DNA of 64,000 nucleotides from Candidatus Omnitrophota bacterium (GTDB lineage Bacteria > Omnitrophota > Gorgyraeia > Gygaellales > Profunditerraquicolaceae), in contig JBAZGA010000006.1 in NCBI GenBank assembly GCA_041653115.1, positions 734 to 64,733 on the forward strand. Reading direction: 5' to 3'. Positions 60,344 to 64,000 of the stretch are shown one piece after another. Within the stretch, counting starts at the first letter, position 1; every line of letters starts with the position of its first letter. The notes beneath the pieces were generated by a model that saw nothing but the letters and a program-made list of their open reading frames with translations, was not told the DNA's origin and searched no databases. Made by a program: the position numbers and the translations under genes.

Positions 60344-61657
60344 ATGGTTGATTTATTCGTTACCGATAAACCCGCAGATAATAAAGACCTTCCTTTAGCC
60401 GTACGCATGCGACCGGCCAACCTGGATGAATTTGTCGGCCAGGAGCATCTTTTAGGCAAAGGCAAGCTCCTGCGCCGGGCAATTACAGCTGACCGGATAA
60501 ACTCTTTAGTCCTCTACGGCCCTCCCGGCAGCGGTAAAACCTCTCTAGCCTGGTGTATCGCCAATACGACCAAGGCGCATTATGTCGCGATTAACGCCAC
60601 CACCTCCAATGTGGAGGAGTTAAGAAAAATTATTGCCTTGGCAAAGAGCCGAAAAGCCAATACCGGCAGGAAGACCCTCCTTTTTATCGACGAAATCCAC
60701 CGTTTTAACAAAGCCCAGCAGGACGTGCTTTTGCCCGACGTCGAAGACGGCAATCCGATTCTTATCGGCGCCACCGTGCATAATCCCTATTTCTCGCTGG
60801 TCGCCCCGCTTTTATCCCGCTCCCTGGTTTGCGAATTAAAAGCCCTGAAAGAAAAAGATATCTTAAGCATACTTAATGCCGCGCTGCACGATAAAGAGCG
60901 TGGCCTGGGAAACGTAAAGATTAAAATCGATAAAAAGGCCCTGGCATTTTTAGCCAAGACCTCTGAGGGCGACGCACGCCGCGCGCTGAATGCCTTGGAG
61001 GTCGGCGTCTTGACTACTCCTAAAACCAAAGAGGGCTGGATTAATTTTGATTTAGGAGTAGCCAGTGAGTCTATCCAGAAGAAGGCGGTAGTTTACGATA
61101 AAGACGAAGACGCGCATTATGATACGGCTTCGGCGTTTATCAAGTCTATGCGCGGCTCTGACCCGGACGCGGCTTTATACTGGATGGCCAAGATGCTTTA
61201 TGCCGGGGAAGACCCGCGTTTTATTGCCCGACGGGTTTGTATCCTGGCGGCGGAAGATGTGGGTAATGCCGACCCCCTGGCGCTGGTCTTAGCCAATGCC
61301 GCTTTACAAATTTCCGAATTTGTCGGCATGCCGGAGGCGCGCATTCCCCTGGCGCAGGCAGTAGTTTATGTTTCCTGCGCGCCCAAATCAAATGCCAGCT
61401 ACCTGGCGATTGAAAAAGCCACGCAGGATATTGAGAGCAAGAAAGTACAGGAGGTTCCCGACCACTTAAAAGACGCTACTTTAGACGCGGAAGGCTTGGG
61501 CCACGGCGAAGGTTACAAATACGCCCACGATTTTCCCGGACACTACGTCAAACAGAAATATACCCGCCGGAAAGTTAAATACTACGAGCCCACCGATATC
61601 GGCTATGAAGCCAAAATCAAACAGAGATTGGAAAAATTACGCGGCAGCAAAGAATAA
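60344..61657 (+). CDS. rarA: Recombination factor RarA/MgsA (AAA+ ATPase)
   Basis: [20 protein letters not shown] and Walker [10 protein letters not shown]. Start taken at ATG 60344. The ORF-track GTG at 60317 adds 9 non-homologous residues. Confidence 0.85.
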   Translation: MVDLFVTDKPADNKDLPLAVRMRPANLDEFVGQEHLLGKGKLLRRAITADRINSLVLYGPPGSGKTSLAWCIANTTKAHYVAINATTSNVEELRKIIALAKSRKANTGRKTLLFIDEIHRFNKAQQDVLLPDVEDGNPILIGATVHNPYFSLVAPLLSRSLVCELKALKEKDILSILNAALHDKERGLGNVKIKIDKKALAFLAKTSEGDARRALNALEVGVLTTPKTKEGWINFDLGVASESIQKKAVVYDKDEDAHYDTASAFIKSMRGSDPDAALYWMAKMLYAGEDPRFIARRVCILAAEDVGNADPLALVLANAALQISEFVGMPEARIPLAQAVVYVSCAPKSNASYLAIEKATQDIESKKVQEVPDHLKDATLDAEGLGHGEGYKYAHDFPGHYVKQKYTRRKVKYYEPTDIGYEAKIKQRLEKLRGSKE

Positions 61658-61910
61658 TTTTCTGCTAAACTGTTTAGCGGGCGCCGAGGCTCGTTTTCGC
61701 AGCACCGCTCCATTTTCCCCACCGAGAAAAATGTCGCTTCGAGTTTGCGCTCGCTCGCCCCTGCCTAGTATTAGCGCGGGCACCTTGGCCGCTCGCACAA
61801 ACTAGATGCTGCTCAAATCTCGCCTCGTCACCCGCTAGCCGATTATTTTCCCCAAAAATTCCCGTTAGATTTAGCCGGCCTTTTCGTCTATTAAAGAAGA
61901 GGAGGCGGAA

Positions 61911-62585
61911 GTGATTAAATTGTGGCCGGAAAGGGAGAGGCCGAGGGAAAAACTGTTTAGAAACGGCGAACATTCTTTAACCGATACCGAACTTATCGCC
62001 ATACTTCTTAGCAGCGGCACAAAAGGGCAGAGCGCCGTGGATTTAGCCAGGAAGATTATCGTTGAATTCGGAGGGTTTAATAATATGAGCCATACAGATA
62101 TCAGGAGCTGGAGGGTATTCAAGGGGTTAGGCCCGGCTAAAATTGCCCGGCTGAAGTCGGCCCTGGAAATCGGGAGGAGGTTCGGGGAAGAGAAAATAAA
62201 AGATAGCCGGCCGCAAATAAAATCTTCAAAAGAGGCCGCAGCCATCTTCCTGCCGAGGATGCGTGCTTTGAAAAAAGAAATCTTTAAGGCGCTGCTTTTA
62301 AACTCGCAGAACCGGATTATTGAAGTGATAGAGATAGAAGAGGGGACGGTAAACCAGGCCTACCCGATTATCAGGGAGATTTTTCAAAAGGCACTGCAGT
62401 ATTTTGCCGCTTCTCTGGTTTGCCTGCACAATCACCCCGCAGGAGATTCCCGCCCTAGCGCAGAAGATAAAAGATTTACGCAAGAGTTGGTTAATGCGGG
62501 CAATGTCCTGCAAATCAAAATCCTGGACCATATTATTATCGGCAGGAAGAGGTATTTCAGCTTTTTAGATAAAGGCCTGCTTTAA
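61911..62585 (+). CDS. radC: RadC-family JAB/MPN-domain protein
   Basis: ERPREKLFRNGEHSLTDTELIAILL and the HNHP JAMM motif. GTG start with an AAGAGGAGG Shine-Dalgarno. Confidence 0.8.
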   Translation: MIKLWPERERPREKLFRNGEHSLTDTELIAILLSSGTKGQSAVDLARKIIVEFGGFNNMSHTDIRSWRVFKGLGPAKIARLKSALEIGRRFGEEKIKDSRPQIKSSKEAAAIFLPRMRALKKEIFKALLLNSQNRIIEVIEIEEGTVNQAYPIIREIFQKALQYFAASLVCLHNHPAGDSRPSAEDKRFTQELVNAGNVLQIKILDHIIIGRKRYFSFLDKGLL

Positions 62586-62588
62586 TTT

Positions 62589-62840
62589 TTATTTGATGAA
62601 GAAGTCGAGGCGCTTTTTATAGACTTTGGCGATTTCTTTGAGCTGGATAATGTCCAGGCGGGACTGGCCGCTTTCTATTTTGGAGATATAGGACTGGGTA
62701 CGATTGAGTTTTTTGGCAACATCTTTTTGCTTGAGCTTTGCGAGCCTGCGGGCTTTCTTCAGTTGGCTGACCAGCCGGGCGTATGATTCCGTATAAATTG
62801 TCTTATCCATCCTTGACACTCCTGATAATATATGATACAC
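62589..62840 (-). CDS. XRE-family helix-turn-helix transcriptional regulator
   Basis: 83 aa with LKQKDVAKKLNRTQSYISKIESGQ, a Cro/C1-type HTH. Confidence 0.8.
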   Translation of the reverse strand: MYHILSGVSRMDKTIYTESYARLVSQLKKARRLAKLKQKDVAKKLNRTQSYISKIESGQSRLDIIQLKEIAKVYKKRLDFFIK

Positions 62841-62851
62841 TTTGTTATAGG

Positions 62852-62870
62852 ATATTCCAAAATGGAATAT
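62852..62870. promoter_or_regulatory. Perfect inverted repeat ATATTCCA-AAA-TGGAATAT, a candidate operator between the divergent XRE regulator and receiver genes
   Basis: 8-bp arms with a 3-nt spacer, read from the sequence. Confidence 0.45.
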
Positions 62871-62888
62871 TAAAAAGGACGGGTAGGC

Positions 62889-63299
62889 ATGGGGGGAGCG
62901 CTGGAGAGAGCGAAGATCTTAATTATTGATAAGGCCGATGATACCCGCGAGGCAATGGCCTATATATTTGAGAAAAAAGGCTTTCTTGTGGCAACCGCCA
63001 GGAGCGGGAAAGAGGCGCTGGCAATGGTGCCGCAAGAGAATCCGGACATCATTATTTTTAATATTATTTTCTCGGAGATAGACGCTTTTGAAACCGGCAG
63101 ACATTTGCGGGAGAACGCCGCGACGCGGGACATCCCGATTATTTTTCTCTCTGCCGGCAAGGATTTGCGCGGGCTGATCTATCGCCTCCCCCGTAAAAAA
63201 GTAAAATATATGGAGAAGCCATGTAAAATTATGGCGCTCATCAAGCAGGTCAACAAAATGGTTGCTCTTTCCGGGCACTCCCCGCCAGCCACGGCTTAA
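62889..63299 (+). CDS. Single-domain CheY-like receiver with Asn at the phospho-acceptor position (atypical or pseudo-receiver)
   Basis: Aligns with CheY: the T/S-A pair (LSAG) and the K-P (EKPC) are conserved, but the position equivalent to D57 is N (DIIIFNIIFS) and the acidic pocket reads IIDKADD. Confidence 0.6.
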   Translation: MGGALERAKILIIDKADDTREAMAYIFEKKGFLVATARSGKEALAMVPQENPDIIIFNIIFSEIDAFETGRHLRENAATRDIPIIFLSAGKDLRGLIYRLPRKKVKYMEKPCKIMALIKQVNKMVALSGHSPPATA

Positions 63300-63308
63300 C
63301 TGTAATAT

Positions 63309-63521
63309 ATGAGCAAGAGAAGGAATAAAAAGAGAGGTTCAAGAGCGGAGCTAATGGAGTGGTTGCGCTACCGCATAGAATTCTTAGAGATGGCCAAAGA
63401 GTATTATGCGCGTAACCCGATTTTAATCAAGAGCTTAAAAAAGGCGCATATTGGGTTAATTGAAAATGACATCGCCATACTCAAAAAAGGCTTAAATAAG
63501 ATAAGGCAAAACCCCCCTTAA
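63309..63521 (+). CDS. Hypothetical small basic protein (70 aa)
   Basis: ORF only, lying between the receiver and the pilin gene. Confidence 0.3.
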   Translation: MSKRRNKKRGSRAELMEWLRYRIEFLEMAKEYYARNPILIKSLKKAHIGLIENDIAILKKGLNKIRQNPP

Positions 63522-63566
63522 TTTTTTCTTGCCAGCTTAACTAAACTATGTTAAATTTACTTAAGA

Positions 63567-63980
63567 ATGACAAGATTAAAGAAAGCTTTTACCTTGCTGG
63601 AGTTAGTCATTGTCATCGTCGTAGTGGGAGTTCTCGCCACCCTCGGTTTGCAATCATATCAGGTGACAATAGAAAAGAGCAGGGGCGCTGAAGCTAAGGC
63701 CAATCTGGGTTTACTGCGTAAATTGCAATTTGGCTATTATTTAGAGTATAACAAATATAGCAGCGGAGGTATTATAACGGATCTTGGATTGCCTGCGGGG
63801 ATCGGGTATGACTGTAGCGCTAGCGGCGAAGAATACTATTTCAAATACAGATGCTCGACTACCGGGACATGTTATGCTTATAGATGTACTACCGGAGGCA
63901 AACCCCCTTCATCAAGCACGGGTTATGTGATATACTTGAGTACCGCCGGCGTCTGGAGCGGAACCGCGGGTTATTATTAA
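63567..63980 (+). CDS. Type IV pilin-like protein (Ala at -1)
   Basis: MTRLKKA|FTLLELVIVIVVVGVLATLG with Glu at +5, then EKSRGAEAKANLGLLRK, and 4 Cys in a Gly/Tyr/Thr-rich C-terminal region. Its architecture is similar to the 27632 gene. Confidence 0.65.
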   Translation: MTRLKKAFTLLELVIVIVVVGVLATLGLQSYQVTIEKSRGAEAKANLGLLRKLQFGYYLEYNKYSSGGIITDLGLPAGIGYDCSASGEEYYFKYRCSTTGTCYAYRCTTGGKPPSSSTGYVIYLSTAGVWSGTAGYY

Positions 63981-64000
63981 AGAGGAATCCGCTAAAATAG

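Noticed and set aside
61605-61973. Track ORFs 61605-61805 (+) and 61674-61973 (-) in the rarA-radC spacer.
   Set aside because: They overlap each other. Their compositions (Ala/Arg/Ser- and Pro/Arg-rich) are typical of GC-rich non-coding DNA translated out of frame. Neither has a Shine-Dalgarno or any homology I recognise.

Overview
This 64-kb window reads as the chromosomal replication-origin region of a compact bacterial genome, probably an uncultivated lineage (GC is roughly 50% and gene packing is tight). dnaA (41099-42439, minus) sits next to a candidate oriC at 42440-42689 with two tandem DnaA boxes. Gene orientation flips there. Left of the origin almost everything is on the minus strand: dnaN, a DciA-like DUF721 gene, gyrB, gyrA, tRNA-Glu, glmS, rsmI, a 22-kb single-strand array containing the complete pyrimidine pathway (pyrR-pyrB-pyrC...carA-carB...pyrK-pyrD-pyrF) interleaved with unrelated genes, and a Chlamydia/Bacteroidetes-type V-ATPase operon (E, hypothetical, A, B, D, I, K). 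Right of the origin everything is on the plus strand: rpmH, yidD, yidC, jag, parA, parB, ndk, yicC, gmk, rpoZ, coaC, a tRNA-Cys/Leu/Val cluster, a frameshifted CpaF-like ATPase, thrS, infC, rpmI, rplT, trkA x2, trkH, pheS, pheT, rarA, radC, an XRE regulator, an atypical receiver and a pilin. I called nine tRNA genes by hand, plus rpmH and a partial pabB-like gene that the ORF track missed. The most interesting unexplained content falls in five places. First, a plus-strand island (27.6-32.1 kb) that interrupts the minus-strand array and encodes three proteins with class-III (type IV pilin-like) N-termini, a 441-aa cysteine-rich secreted protein, another secreted protein and a small membrane protein, with no assembly machinery nearby. 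Second, a tight five-gene minus-strand operon at the window start (tRNA-binding CsaA-like protein, CxxCxxCC protein, DUF2156 aminoacyl-tRNA-transferase-fold protein, DEDDh exonuclease fused to a WYL-like domain, PabB-like). Third, a PheT that has lost its tRNA-binding domain while a free-standing copy of that domain is encoded 55 kb away. Fourth, a tRNA-Arg whose 3' end is directly duplicated around a 123-bp palindrome-rich insert. Fifth, a PyrR-type attenuator, an infC that apparently starts at AUA, and a 2-nt frameshift in the CpaF-like ATPase.
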